The notes beneath the pieces were generated by a model. That model was not told where the DNA came from. It worked only from the letters and a program-made list of their open reading frames with translations, and did no database searches. Shown here piece by piece: positions 1-9,681 of a DNA stretch of 64,000 nt; positions within the stretch are counted from its first letter, which is position 1; each line of letters opens with the position of its first letter. The stretch is taken from positions 32,001 through 96,000 of the IMG/VR virus record IMGVR_UViG_3300010163_000002, one strand, 5' to 3'. The position numbers were made by a program, and so were the translations under genes. Source of the DNA: a virus. Its lineage: Duplodnaviria > Caudoviricetes.

Positions 1-33
1 TTTATCATTATTATTATACGTATTGAATGCCAT
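1..33 (-). CDS. 5' end of a gene running off the window (MAFNTYNNNDK...)
   Basis: ATG at 33, GGAGG RBS at 43-47 and late-type promoter AACAAAAGAATAA at 64-76, all on the minus strand. Confidence 0.6.
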   Translation of the reverse strand, partial: MAFNTYNNNDK

Positions 34-162
34 ATCACATATCCTCCTTAGATACATTTGAATTTATTCTTTTGTTAGTGGTAATGTAAAATGATACAAT
101 CTATCGAGGGAGACTATAAAGCCTCCCTCAATCAAATTTATAATATATTTTTATTTATTTTA

Positions 163-1311
163 TTAATCCATATCCGGATAATAAACCTGAATAGCACTGT
201 CATATCTATTTCTTACAGGCTGCTCTTTTGCTGCTCTCTGACGAATATCATATAGAGATTGTAAAGTATCAATTGCTTCTTTTCTGGCCTGTTCAGAAAT
301 ATCTTCGGTTAAGTAATCTTGTAAAATGGCAATATCGGTGTTGCATTTATGAATGATTGGCATCAAGTCAGAAGCCTCTGTAGATGTGCGAAGCAACAAG
401 CTAAGTTCATACACATCATCTTTAATGCTTCTAATTCCTTTAACTTTAAATTCTGAAAATTTCTTGGAAAATCTGGATCTAATATCATCAATAAATCCTT
501 CATTTATATTAAAATCTGTATGATTAAGGATATTAACAGCATAATCTAACTCTCTCTCTTCGAGCTTAGATGCTGTAAGTTGTTTCGCCTTATTAAGAGT
601 TTTTATTGCCGGTAATCTACGAATATTGAATTCTGTTTGCATTCTTAATACCCAAGATAATGCAATGAATCTATCATCTACTTCTTTAGCCATATATGTA
701 GTAGACGAAGTGATCTTTCTTATTGCAGACTCAAGATATGGGCCATACCCGCAAGATGTTACAAATGTATCTGCAATCATTTCTTTATTTCCAATTTTTG
801 CAAATAAAGATCCAGTTTTTACAACAGAATCCTTAATAGCATATCCCATAAGTTCTCTAAATCCTTTTGAAGCTTTCAAATCAACATGCTCTCCAGTTTT
901 GGTAAAATAAATATCAATCTGATTTTTAACTTCATCAATAGTTTCTGTTTCATATACAATATGGCCTATTTCATGAAGAAGAATAGCTGTTAATTCTTTC
1001 TTATTAAGAGCAAGCATCGGATCAAATAGTTTAGAATCCATCTCCACATAGTATTCTGTAAAAATACTTGTCCTTGAATCGCCTAAAACTTCCATAGCTT
1101 TATTGCCATCAATAGCCGGATACACTCTCATACCAAAAAATAATTTGTCTGTATTAAGAGTATAAATTACCTCTCGACATTTTGCTTTTATGAAAAATTT
1201 ATTAAGTTCATTACGAAGTTTTATTAATTCGGAAGAACCATGGAAATTATCCATATTAAGCATTAATTTTTCAATATTAGAAAAATCAAAATTACTTGCC
1301 ACTCTTTCCAT
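163..1311 (-). CDS. Probable virion/head protein with HExxH zinc-metallopeptidase-like motif
   Basis: ILLHEIGH motif with downstream E..AD (KEMIADTF); lies in the head gene cluster; GGAGG RBS favours start MERVAS at 1311 over 1332. Confidence 0.6.
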   Translation of the reverse strand: MERVASNFDFSNIEKLMLNMDNFHGSSELIKLRNELNKFFIKAKCREVIYTLNTDKLFFGMRVYPAIDGNKAMEVLGDSRTSIFTEYYVEMDSKLFDPMLALNKKELTAILLHEIGHIVYETETIDEVKNQIDIYFTKTGEHVDLKASKGFRELMGYAIKDSVVKTGSLFAKIGNKEMIADTFVTSCGYGPYLESAIRKITSSTTYMAKEVDDRFIALSWVLRMQTEFNIRRLPAIKTLNKAKQLTASKLEERELDYAVNILNHTDFNINEGFIDDIRSRFSKKFSEFKVKGIRSIKDDVYELSLLLRTSTEASDLMPIIHKCNTDIAILQDYLTEDISEQARKEAIDTLQSLYDIRQRAAKEQPVRNRYDSAIQVYYPDMD

Positions 1312-1492
1312 TCTTTTTACCTCCTGCATCATTATTTTTTATTTTATTTGGTGTTGGCACGTTTTTACCTGTAGCCTGATCATAATGGGTATATACAGAT
1401 CCAAGATCATTCATCGGAAAGTTATGTTTAAGTGCCTGATGTAATGGGCTAGGATTACCGCATATTAATACCTTTGGTTTATTAGTTCTCAT
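1292..1492 (-). CDS. 66-aa protein resembling the C-terminal arm of the major capsid protein
   Basis: Own RBS (AGGAGG) and late-type promoter (1513-1525); contains NDLGSVYTHYDQATGKNV, identical to the capsid C-terminal region. Confidence 0.65.
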   Translation of the reverse strand: MRTNKPKVLICGNPSPLHQALKHNFPMNDLGSVYTHYDQATGKNVPTPNKIKNNDAGGKKNGKSGK

Positions 1493-1701
1493 AGTATGCC
1501 TCCTTCATGCATTTACATTATTGTCAAATCAAAAGTAAAACCAGAGTAGCTTTCGCTACTCCGGCCCTACTTTTATATCATGAAAAGAAGATTTAAGTAT
1601 GGCAGCTAATTTAATTACGGCCCAACAGGCAGTTCGTTCTTGGTAGTTACGTTTTTACCTGTAGCCTGATCATAATGGGTATATACAGATCCAAGATCAT
1701 T
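1359..1701. repeat. Exact 53-bp direct repeat (1359-1411 and 1649-1701)
   Basis: acgtttttacctgtagcctgatcataatgggtatatacagatccaagatcatt occurs twice, 290 bp apart. Confidence 0.95.
1540..1563 (-). terminator. Intrinsic terminator after capsid gene
   Basis: gagtagc-tttc-gctactc hairpin followed by a T-rich tract on the minus strand. Confidence 0.7.
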
Positions 1702-3480
1702 GTTAGCGTACATGCTACCAATCGGATCAATATTCGGCAGATGCTCTCTAAGGCCAGTCGGATTAGCTACAAACAGACGGCCCTGAACAGGCTGGAATTC
1801 GAAGAACTTATAACGCTGGAATGCTGTCAGCGCCGGAAGTGTCGGATTCTCAGCATCTCTGATCTCATTGCTGATGTACATCTGATAATCATACAGACGG
1901 TATACAATACGGTTTGTATTCTTCGGAATCAGAAGTACAATCAGGTTGTCATTACCGAACAGCTTATCAGAAGAGATAAAGTTGTACACTCTCTTGTCGG
2001 ATGTGACAACAGTCTTCTTGAAGTCAAGCTCAACAGGTCCGATGTTTGCCGGAGTAGCATAAGAATATTCTGTCGGGATGATCTGGCGAATAAGTCCAGG
2101 ACGACCGATAATGGAAATCTGCATATTCGGATCACGAAGTACCGTAAGCAAACCGGTAATAAACTGATCAAGGGTATTCATGAACGTCTTCTGCAGCCAC
2201 TCAAGATGATCGTGAGCATAGTTCTGCGGCGGTGCAAAGTCAATTGTCTTAGCCAGCTTATGATCCTCATCAAGACGCATAAAGGATTCATCAAGATTCT
2301 CCTTGATATCATCATCCTTAACATTCTCCATGATATCCTTGATCATGCTCATGTACTTGGTAACCTGATTAATACCATACAGCGCACCGATGTCTTTTAC
2401 CTCTTCAGGAGTAATCGGAATCGTGATACCGTCGCTTTCAGGAATCTGAACATACGTAGTTCTTTCCTGCCACTCAACACGATTTGTCTTAAGCATACGG
2501 CTGGAAGCATCATAACGAGCCATCATCTTAACGGCTTTAATCTTTCCGCCAGAATTGATCTCAAACATATTATCCTGCTGAGTTGCAAACAGGGAATCAT
2601 GGAATACTTCCTCTGTAACTCCATCTGCGGCAGTAGTTTTAATGTCAACCGGCTGCATAATAATTCTATTATACTCGCCGTAACCCGGTGTGAACTCTGC
2701 TCTCCACGGTTTCCAAACCAGAGCTACTCCATCTGCAGTTGCTTCGGATTCTGTAATAGTAGCATTTCCTTCAGTATCAGTTCCAATTGTAAGAACTGTA
2801 TCGCCGGTCTTAGCATAATCTTCTACAGCCACTGCGCAGATGTGGGTTGCTACAGACAGATTATGAGACAGTCTCGGAACGTTGAAGTACTTATCGAGAA
2901 TATCCGTTGTCTTCATTTCCGGAAGTACAATCGGAACTTCTACCGGCTTATTGGCAGACTTCCAAGCGTTAAATATCTGATTCTGCTGATTAGCGATATC
3001 AATCTTACGCCCATCAGGAGTAATCATATAACGAGTTTCCATTGTCTCTGTCCATGACGTAGCCTTTGCAACGTATCTCGGTACAGCCTGCGCAAATACG
3101 CAGTTAAGCATAAGATACTTATGCATCGGAAGGGACAAACCAATCATTGGATTCCAGGTACTCATACCTGCCGCTGCATTCTCCTGCACAGCCTGCATAT
3201 CATTAATGAACATCTCGTTCATATCCTGCAGGCGGTCCTGATATTCCTCTGTCGTCATATTGTTCTTCGGGTCAATAATAGAGTTCTCTGTATAGAATTT
3301 CTTAAGCGCCTCCACATTACCCTTAAAAGCAAGTGCACGAGTCGGCTCTGCACCATAATCAACCTTAGATTCTCTTAAGATATTCTGCTGCGTCTCATAA
3401 AATGCAGCAGCATACTGATACATCGGATCTTTAGAGAAATTACCCATATTAGGGTTTTTTCTTTCACCAACACTAGGCAT
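1615..3480 (-). CDS. Major capsid protein precursor
   Basis: 621 aa; strong high-expression codon bias (long antisense shadow ORF); N-terminal propeptide-like region ending near VQE, then a segment reminiscent of T4 gp23 (NPMIGLSLPMHKYLMLN..AVP); late promoter at 3553-3565; near scaffold-like and protease genes. Confidence 0.75.
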   Translation of the reverse strand: MPSVGERKNPNMGNFSKDPMYQYAAAFYETQQNILRESKVDYGAEPTRALAFKGNVEALKKFYTENSIIDPKNNMTTEEYQDRLQDMNEMFINDMQAVQENAAAGMSTWNPMIGLSLPMHKYLMLNCVFAQAVPRYVAKATSWTETMETRYMITPDGRKIDIANQQNQIFNAWKSANKPVEVPIVLPEMKTTDILDKYFNVPRLSHNLSVATHICAVAVEDYAKTGDTVLTIGTDTEGNATITESEATADGVALVWKPWRAEFTPGYGEYNRIIMQPVDIKTTAADGVTEEVFHDSLFATQQDNMFEINSGGKIKAVKMMARYDASSRMLKTNRVEWQERTTYVQIPESDGITIPITPEEVKDIGALYGINQVTKYMSMIKDIMENVKDDDIKENLDESFMRLDEDHKLAKTIDFAPPQNYAHDHLEWLQKTFMNTLDQFITGLLTVLRDPNMQISIIGRPGLIRQIIPTEYSYATPANIGPVELDFKKTVVTSDKRVYNFISSDKLFGNDNLIVLLIPKNTNRIVYRLYDYQMYISNEIRDAENPTLPALTAFQRYKFFEFQPVQGRLFVANPTGLREHLPNIDPIGSMYANNDLGSVYTHYDQATGKNVTTKNELPVGP

Positions 3481-3552
3481 ATTTGTTACCTCCTTATTTT
3501 TGACTTAAGTTTAATTATTTATATAAATAATTAGGCTTACCATCCTAAGTAT

Positions 3553-3565
3553 TTATTATATTGTT
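3553..3565 (-). promoter_or_regulatory. Late-type promoter DAC(A/T)-N6-TAA (representative; about 19 copies)
   Basis: Also at 64-76(-), 1513-1525(-), 7157-7169(-), 7203-7215(+), 10723-10735(+), 12351-12363(-), 15370-15382(+), 18755-18767(-), 26344-26356(-), 26732-26744(+), 30408-30420(+), 33441-33453(+), 34213-34225(+), 39676-39688(-), 42289-42301(+), 42515-42527(+), 59132-59144(-), 62379-62391(-); resembles the AR9 late consensus AACA-N6-TA. Confidence 0.75.
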
Positions 3566-3573
3566 AGTTTTTC

Positions 3574-4581
3574 TTATTCGTGATTCTTACGTTTTACAGG
3601 TTTTTGTATTAATGCCTTGAGCATTGTACTAATTTGCGTAAGAACCAAAAGGCATTGTTTATAGTATGTAGTATTTTCAACATACGTTCTAGTCACATAT
3701 GCAGTTGTAATTACATAATTAACCATATCTTTAAGATCAACTAACTGATCTGCAATGAATGTAAGAGCTCTTGTATTATCAAAAGTTTTTGGTATTTTAT
3801 TTAAACTATCAAATATTGTTTCTATTGTATCATATAATTCTATATAGTTTGTTAGCAGCTCCTCATTTTTGATCGCGAGCTGTTGCGTGGTTAAATCGGC
3901 AAACAAATTCTTTTCCATATCTGCCAATGTACCGCTGCCAGAGCTATCAGAAGAATCTGCAGATTCTGAATCTCCTCCATCGTCTGTTTGATCGTCTCCA
4001 GAATCATCGGTATTTTCATCTTCGCCGGTATCTTCTGTAGAGCCATCGTCAGATCCTAAGTCATCAGAACCCATTTTGGTATAATCAGGCAAATCATCAT
4101 CTCCCGATGCAGTGTCTTCTACGTCATCTGTATTGTCCGCTGTCTCTGCATCATCCGTAACATCCTGAGTATCATCTGCATCAAATTCATCCTCAGTAAA
4201 ATCATGCAGGTCATCTTCGCCTTCAGTATCTGACTCGTCTGCAGTATTATCTGGATTATCTTCCGCAGGCTCATCAGCCATAGGTGCATCATCAGATTGA
4301 GGCTCTGCTTCAGGTTCGTCCGCTGCTGGTTCTGGATTATCGTCTGATTGTGCGGCCGGTTCTGAAGCCCCATCATCCTCCATATCAAATTCATCCTCTG
4401 TGAAATCATGCAAGTCATCATTAGTATCTTCCAGATTATCTTCTACTGGTTCGTCATCAGTATCTTCATCTTCTGGAGCACCATCCTGATTTTTGGTGTA
4501 ATCCTCATCACCAGAATCATCCATATGCTCCCCGTTAATTTCCAATTCATTAAAAAATGTATAGCTTGGTCTAAAAAGCAT
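3574..4581 (-). CDS. Highly acidic, largely disordered protein; probable prohead scaffold/core protein
   Basis: About 200 aa D/E-rich region with repeated DDLHDFTEDEFD, followed by a helical C-terminal domain; directly upstream of the capsid gene. Confidence 0.55.
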   Translation of the reverse strand: MLFRPSYTFFNELEINGEHMDDSGDEDYTKNQDGAPEDEDTDDEPVEDNLEDTNDDLHDFTEDEFDMEDDGASEPAAQSDDNPEPAADEPEAEPQSDDAPMADEPAEDNPDNTADESDTEGEDDLHDFTEDEFDADDTQDVTDDAETADNTDDVEDTASGDDDLPDYTKMGSDDLGSDDGSTEDTGEDENTDDSGDDQTDDGGDSESADSSDSSGSGTLADMEKNLFADLTTQQLAIKNEELLTNYIELYDTIETIFDSLNKIPKTFDNTRALTFIADQLVDLKDMVNYVITTAYVTRTYVENTTYYKQCLLVLTQISTMLKALIQKPVKRKNHE

Positions 4582-4606
4582 TGTATTTCACCTCCTTAAA
4601 TTTTCT

Positions 4607-7138
4607 TTAATCATCAGAATCTCCAACCGGAGGCACATCTTGTTTGTAATATATCGCCATTTTGTATTTGAGCCGCTGTCTCTGCCGTTCAAGATTTCTT
4701 TGAATAATTTCAAGCTGCCTTATTTTCTTAAGATCATTTTCATCTTCTGCCTGACGAATGTATCTTTCAACCATTTTAAGCTCAATCTCAATATCATCAA
4801 GGACTAGCTGCCTCTCTTTTGCTTTAAGCTTGTGGCTATAAGCAAAACCTCCGACGGCAGATATTACTGCAACGGCAGGATTAATAGCCCATGTTACTCC
4901 TAAAACACACGCTATCTTGATGCATTTAGATGCTGAAGGTAATATCCTGCCTTTTATTATAGCTTCCCTGTTGTCATTCATAGCAGCAGCTTCAATACCT
5001 TTAGATATATTATTTGCAGCCATATCAATAGCATTAGATGCTTGTTTTTCTTTGTCTTTAAGCTTTACAGCATTCTTTTTGAGACGATCAACAGCAAGTT
5101 TTAATGTATTGGTAAAATTCATTTCCATTACATATTCTTCATTCATATTCATATTAATCATCTCATTAAGACATGTAAGATAACACTTAATGGCTTGTAA
5201 GTCATTTGATGTTGAATATACCATCCTATCATTTTTAAGCTTGTATATATTTTCATTCAAATAATCAATTCTGATATAATCAGATACATCGTTTGAATTT
5301 TCCCTTAATTGATTTCTGTATTCGGTTAATGCATCGCACAATTTGTTTCTTTCGAGTACTGTAGGTACTGTAATAGAAAAATCTGTTAGCTGATCAATAG
5401 CATCATTATCAAGCTTATATATATTCTTAAATACTATCCCCTCGATATTATCATCAATTAGCCCTTCAGATATTGATTGCATAAGATTAGCTACAGACTC
5501 TATATTGGCGGTTTCCTCAAAATCGAAATCATCCCAATCATCGTCGTCAAAATCAAAATCGTCATCATACGATCCATCATATTCTGTTGATGTATCTCTC
5601 TCATAATTTTCATCTTCTGAATAAAGATTATTTTCGTATTCTTTAATTTTCGCGTAATCCTTATTAAGTTCATCTAGATATTTCTGAAGATTTTCCTTTG
5701 ACTGATTATCTTTTGATTTTTCAAGCTTGTCTTTTACAGCGTCAATTTCATTTTGGTACGCTTTAATAATTTTCTCTGTTTGTTTTCTTGATAAGGTTAA
5801 TTTGATAATGCTGTTAGTAATAAATCCAACCAAACCTAGAATAGGGTGTATATAAGTCATTAACACGACTACCATACCTCTTATGATAATAAAAATACTA
5901 GGCAGGTCATACACAATCTGATATGGGGATTTAGTAAATATTCCTGTAACCATTGCTTTAAGTCTAGTTACATTGGTTTTATTGTCAGGATCTTTAATAC
6001 ATTCTTTTCTAAATTCACTGATTTCTCTTTGGGTTGTTCTATCAATCCTTTCATCAGGATTGCCTTTCTTTGCGTCTTTAATTAATTGCCTGCCTGCCTT
6101 TTTAATTTCTTTCTTTTTATCTTTAGCATCTTTTTTCATATCTTTAAGGAAACCATCTTCATTTATTGCAAATGGGCTACAATAGTTTTCTATCAGCACA
6201 TTAGCAGTTTCTTGAGCTGATAATAGAATATTATCATCATCTCTATCAATGATATAATCTAATATATCAAAATCATCATCTGTAAATAATACAGAATCTT
6301 TTTTTACCTCCTGTACAGCACCAATGTCCTGTTCAGATAACCCAGAAGAAAGAATGTAATAATCCATTACAGCTTCAATTATGCATTCATTTTGATAATT
6401 AATATTATTTTTATTAATTGCATAGTATGCTGTTTCTAATGAATGAGACAGCTTATTCTTTAACGGAATATTATATGTATCTATGCATTTTGCAATTTCC
6501 ATAATAGCAATATACATACCGCCATAATCATATGAGGCTTCAGATATGATCTTATCGATATTAAATCTGGTTGAGATTTTGTTGTAATTGCTAATTATTC
6601 TATCGCATTCACGATTTTTTTTAGCTTCATGTATTATAACATTAAAACATTCTTCTATTACTGCTTCTGTCTGTACCTGGGACGGTGAAGAGGTAGATAC
6701 TCCATTAGATGTCATAGTACGTTTAATTGAATCTATAGCGCTCTGAATATTATCAGAAATAGAATCAAAATTATTTTTGTTTTTTGTTACTATTTTTCGT
6801 TTCAGCCTCGAATTTCTATATTTAAGAGATTTAATTAATTGAGAAGCATCCCGCACTTTGTCAGTGCCCTCGGCTAAGCACATCCCGCATGTTCTTATAG
6901 AAGAAACATTAGAATTTAAACATAATTCCTCATAAATATCCATAGCCTTATTAAATGCTTCTGTAGGAGTTTCAGCTAGCGATTCCCAATGCATAATAGC
7001 ATCGATAGCATTATTGTTACAAAATTTATGCTGTTCTGTATAAATTCGCGGAACAATTCTTGAGTTATTTGGTTTCATATTACCAAGAGATCTTATCCTA
7101 TTGGTAATATCAGAGTATTTAACGTCCATATTAAGCAC
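4607..7138 (-). CDS. Large virion/head-associated protein of unknown function
   Basis: 843 aa; late promoter at 7157-7169; many hydrophobic-x-E sites; two hydrophobic hairpin plus coiled-coil segments. Confidence 0.5.
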   Translation of the reverse strand: MLNMDVKYSDITNRIRSLGNMKPNNSRIVPRIYTEQHKFCNNNAIDAIMHWESLAETPTEAFNKAMDIYEELCLNSNVSSIRTCGMCLAEGTDKVRDASQLIKSLKYRNSRLKRKIVTKNKNNFDSISDNIQSAIDSIKRTMTSNGVSTSSPSQVQTEAVIEECFNVIIHEAKKNRECDRIISNYNKISTRFNIDKIISEASYDYGGMYIAIMEIAKCIDTYNIPLKNKLSHSLETAYYAINKNNINYQNECIIEAVMDYYILSSGLSEQDIGAVQEVKKDSVLFTDDDFDILDYIIDRDDDNILLSAQETANVLIENYCSPFAINEDGFLKDMKKDAKDKKKEIKKAGRQLIKDAKKGNPDERIDRTTQREISEFRKECIKDPDNKTNVTRLKAMVTGIFTKSPYQIVYDLPSIFIIIRGMVVVLMTYIHPILGLVGFITNSIIKLTLSRKQTEKIIKAYQNEIDAVKDKLEKSKDNQSKENLQKYLDELNKDYAKIKEYENNLYSEDENYERDTSTEYDGSYDDDFDFDDDDWDDFDFEETANIESVANLMQSISEGLIDDNIEGIVFKNIYKLDNDAIDQLTDFSITVPTVLERNKLCDALTEYRNQLRENSNDVSDYIRIDYLNENIYKLKNDRMVYSTSNDLQAIKCYLTCLNEMINMNMNEEYVMEMNFTNTLKLAVDRLKKNAVKLKDKEKQASNAIDMAANNISKGIEAAAMNDNREAIIKGRILPSASKCIKIACVLGVTWAINPAVAVISAVGGFAYSHKLKAKERQLVLDDIEIELKMVERYIRQAEDENDLKKIRQLEIIQRNLERQRQRLKYKMAIYYKQDVPPVGDSDD

Positions 7139-7245
7139 CGTCCCCTTTCTATGATATTATTATAAAGTTGAGTGATTCATCTGTTAAGCTATAATATAGA
7201 AAAACATGTAAATAAAACATGACGCTTATAAGGAGGTTCTAATAA

Positions 7246-8076
7246 ATGGATAATAAACCAATTGGAAATATTATTCTTGAAGGGGCCACTACAGTAGAGG
7301 ACTCTATTATCACTAATGGTTCCGGTAAAAGAGTACTTGCTGAAGGAACCCTCCAAGATATGGATGTAGAAAACAGAAATCGCAGAATTTATGCAAAAAA
7401 AGATTTGGTACCAGAAATTAATGGGCCAAGAATGACTGAGCTTATCAAAGCCAGACAATTCTGTGGAGAGTACGGGCACCCACTATCAGATGATCTTGTA
7501 AGACAGCAGACAATTGATCCTAAGCTTGTATGTGTAAGATTTGAAAAGGTATGGGTTGAAGATAATCTTGTTAAAGCTCAGTTTAGAGGAACAAACAATG
7601 ACTACGGATCATACTTTGATGCGGATTTACGTGAAGGATGCAAACCAGCATTTTCTCTTAGAGCACTCGGCGCAATTGAAAACGTTAATGGAAAAGCATA
7701 TGTAAAAGGAATTAAAATTATTACATGGGATAGCGTAATATACCCATCTCATAAAGTTGCTTATACATCTAATATTGTAACAGAATCAACTATGGATGGT
7801 AAACCATTATACGAAAATCAGATTGTTGTTCCTGTAGATGATCCTGGCACAATTATTACATTGAGAGAATCTGATGCTCGTACAGTGCTTTCTAGATTAC
7901 AAAGAGAATCTGCAAATCTTGATACCATCTTAAATACATTTGATGGGATCTATGATAAAATTTCTCAGGTTAATGAAAGTACAATTATGCTTACTAATAG
8001 AATGGGCGGTAAAATATATGTAAATCTTGAAGATCATGTGCAGAATCTCATAATGGATTATGTGACAAAATTGTAA
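7246..8076 (+). CDS. Prohead core protease (T4 gp21-like)
   Basis: NRNRRIY, GEYGHP, FSLRALG and WDSVIYPS motifs typical of T4 gp21; late promoter at 7203-7215. Confidence 0.9.
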   Translation: MDNKPIGNIILEGATTVEDSIITNGSGKRVLAEGTLQDMDVENRNRRIYAKKDLVPEINGPRMTELIKARQFCGEYGHPLSDDLVRQQTIDPKLVCVRFEKVWVEDNLVKAQFRGTNNDYGSYFDADLREGCKPAFSLRALGAIENVNGKAYVKGIKIITWDSVIYPSHKVAYTSNIVTESTMDGKPLYENQIVVPVDDPGTIITLRESDARTVLSRLQRESANLDTILNTFDGIYDKISQVNESTIMLTNRMGGKIYVNLEDHVQNLIMDYVTKL

Positions 8077-8084
8077 AAAAAATA

Positions 8085-8110
8085 AACCAGAGGGAGCAAT
8101 CCCTCTGGTT
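8085..8110. terminator. Bidirectional intrinsic terminator
   Basis: aaccagaggga-gcaa-tccctctggtt between convergent genes. Confidence 0.8.
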
Positions 8111-8113
8111 GCA

Positions 8114-8893
8114 CTATTTGCGAACTGGCGTACATAATATTTTTGCTGGTGTAATCTCCATGTTTATGGTCATATATTTATCAGTATTTATTTCTAATGA
8201 TGTATCACAAGACATATCTTTTGTATATTTCAAAAAGAATGCATTTATATACTTAATATCTGTAAATACATTATCTTTGAATAACCAAATTTCGTCGCCA
8301 TTAAGCACCATCAGCATATCAATAGAATTACTTATAGTACGCTGTAATATATCATACAATTCCTTGCGCTCATTAAGATTTAAATATACTAGATTTATTA
8401 AAATTGACCATATATGCTCAATTATTGTTGCTCTTCTGTATCGGCTTCTATATCTTTCTAGTTTTCTAACCATTTCCATACAATATTCAGCCGTTAAGCA
8501 ATATCCTCCGGTCAATGACATTATTTCGTTTTGATGATTAGCCATATATAGTTTAGCCTCTATTTCGCAAGCGCTTTCAATTTGAGCACGATACAGTTCA
8601 TCTTCCATCATTCTATTATAGTCTATTAATTGATCTGTATGATATAATTCATGAATTACTGCTTCTACAGTAAATAGTATTACATCTACAATATTATCAT
8701 AGAAATCTATCATACACTGTGGATTAAGTATGACTTTATTAGGAGATTTTGACCATCCACCTGCAAGGCATTGTGGTTGTTTTAACCAATTAATATCTAA
8801 TACTGCTGGTTGATTAATTATATTAATCTTACCATTATAATAATTGAATACGGTTTTGATATATGCCGTATAAGCATCTCTATCTATTGCCAT
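8114..8893 (-). CDS. HExxH metallopeptidase-like protein, paralog 1
   Basis: VIHELYHTDQ plus downstream IESACE; paralog of the adjacent gene. Confidence 0.55.
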   Translation of the reverse strand: MAIDRDAYTAYIKTVFNYYNGKINIINQPAVLDINWLKQPQCLAGGWSKSPNKVILNPQCMIDFYDNIVDVILFTVEAVIHELYHTDQLIDYNRMMEDELYRAQIESACEIEAKLYMANHQNEIMSLTGGYCLTAEYCMEMVRKLERYRSRYRRATIIEHIWSILINLVYLNLNERKELYDILQRTISNSIDMLMVLNGDEIWLFKDNVFTDIKYINAFFLKYTKDMSCDTSLEINTDKYMTINMEITPAKILCTPVRK

Positions 8894-9645
8894 AATAATT
8901 CCTCCTAATTATCAATTATACTGCACATTCTATTCATTGGCACTGCCTCTATGTCAATAATTAATGTATCGCCATCATACTTCATGCTAAAATTATTACG
9001 TTGTATGATATCGCATGAATACTTACCAATGAATGGATTGAATAGCGATGGTTCTAATAATCTACCGCCCCTACAAATTGTTAAACGCTCATCATTAATT
9101 TTCAATACTATATCAGTCTCCCTAGAAACAGATTCAGAAATTGAATTAATTACATGCATGATGATGTCTGGTGGAAAACACGCCACATTATCTATACTAA
9201 GTATTATATGATCAAGAATAGTTCTTCTTTCATATCTAGGATTAAATTTATCCCAATATGAAATTATTTCATTATAATCTATTTTTGTAATGTCAACCCC
9301 TGTAAGCATAGATACTTCATTTTGATGATCTGCTATATAAAGCATGGTTTCCATATTGCATGCAGATTCTATTTTATTTTTGTATACTTCATCTACATGC
9401 ATAATACGATAATCTACTACCTGATCTGTATGATACAATTCATGAATTATAACCTCAACAGTATTTACTTTAATAACATCCCAGTCATAATTATTAAATG
9501 TAATTATAACATCAGGATTTATTTTTACAATGTTAGGAAGATGGGACCATCCACCTGCAAGGCATTGTGGTTGTTTTAACCAATTAATATCTAATACTGC
9601 TGGTTGATTAATTATATTAATCTTACCATTATAATAATTGAATAC
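8751..9645. repeat. Exact 101-bp direct repeat (8751-8851 and 9545-9645) inside diverged paralogs
   Basis: Identical DNA encoding VFNYYNGKINIINQPAVLDINWLKQPQCLAGGWS; flanking sequence diverged. Confidence 0.9.
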
Positions 9646-9681
9646 CATGTGTATAAATTCTGTATATTCATCCCTGGTCAT
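8905..9681 (-). CDS. HExxH metallopeptidase-like protein, paralog 2
   Basis: IIHELYHTDQ; GGAGG RBS and alignment with paralog 1 place the start at MTRDEY (9681). Confidence 0.55.
   Translation of the reverse strand: MTRDEYTEFIHMVFNYYNGKINIINQPAVLDINWLKQPQCLAGGWSHLPNIVKINPDVIITFNNYDWDVIKVNTVEVIIHELYHTDQVVDYRIMHVDEVYKNKIESACNMETMLYIADHQNEVSMLTGVDITKIDYNEIISYWDKFNPRYERRTILDHIILSIDNVACFPPDIIMHVINSISESVSRETDIVLKINDERLTICRGGRLLEPSLFNPFIGKYSCDIIQRNNFSMKYDGDTLIIDIEAVPMNRMCSIIDN

Noticed and set aside
1359-1701. 53-bp repeat as a DGR template/variable repeat pair
   Set aside because: Copies are identical with no adenine-specific mismatches, and no reverse transcriptase is present in the window
1675-3057. 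460-aa plus-strand ORF antisense to the capsid gene
   Set aside because: Shadow ORF expected from the codon bias of a highly expressed gene; no RBS or promoter and unnatural composition
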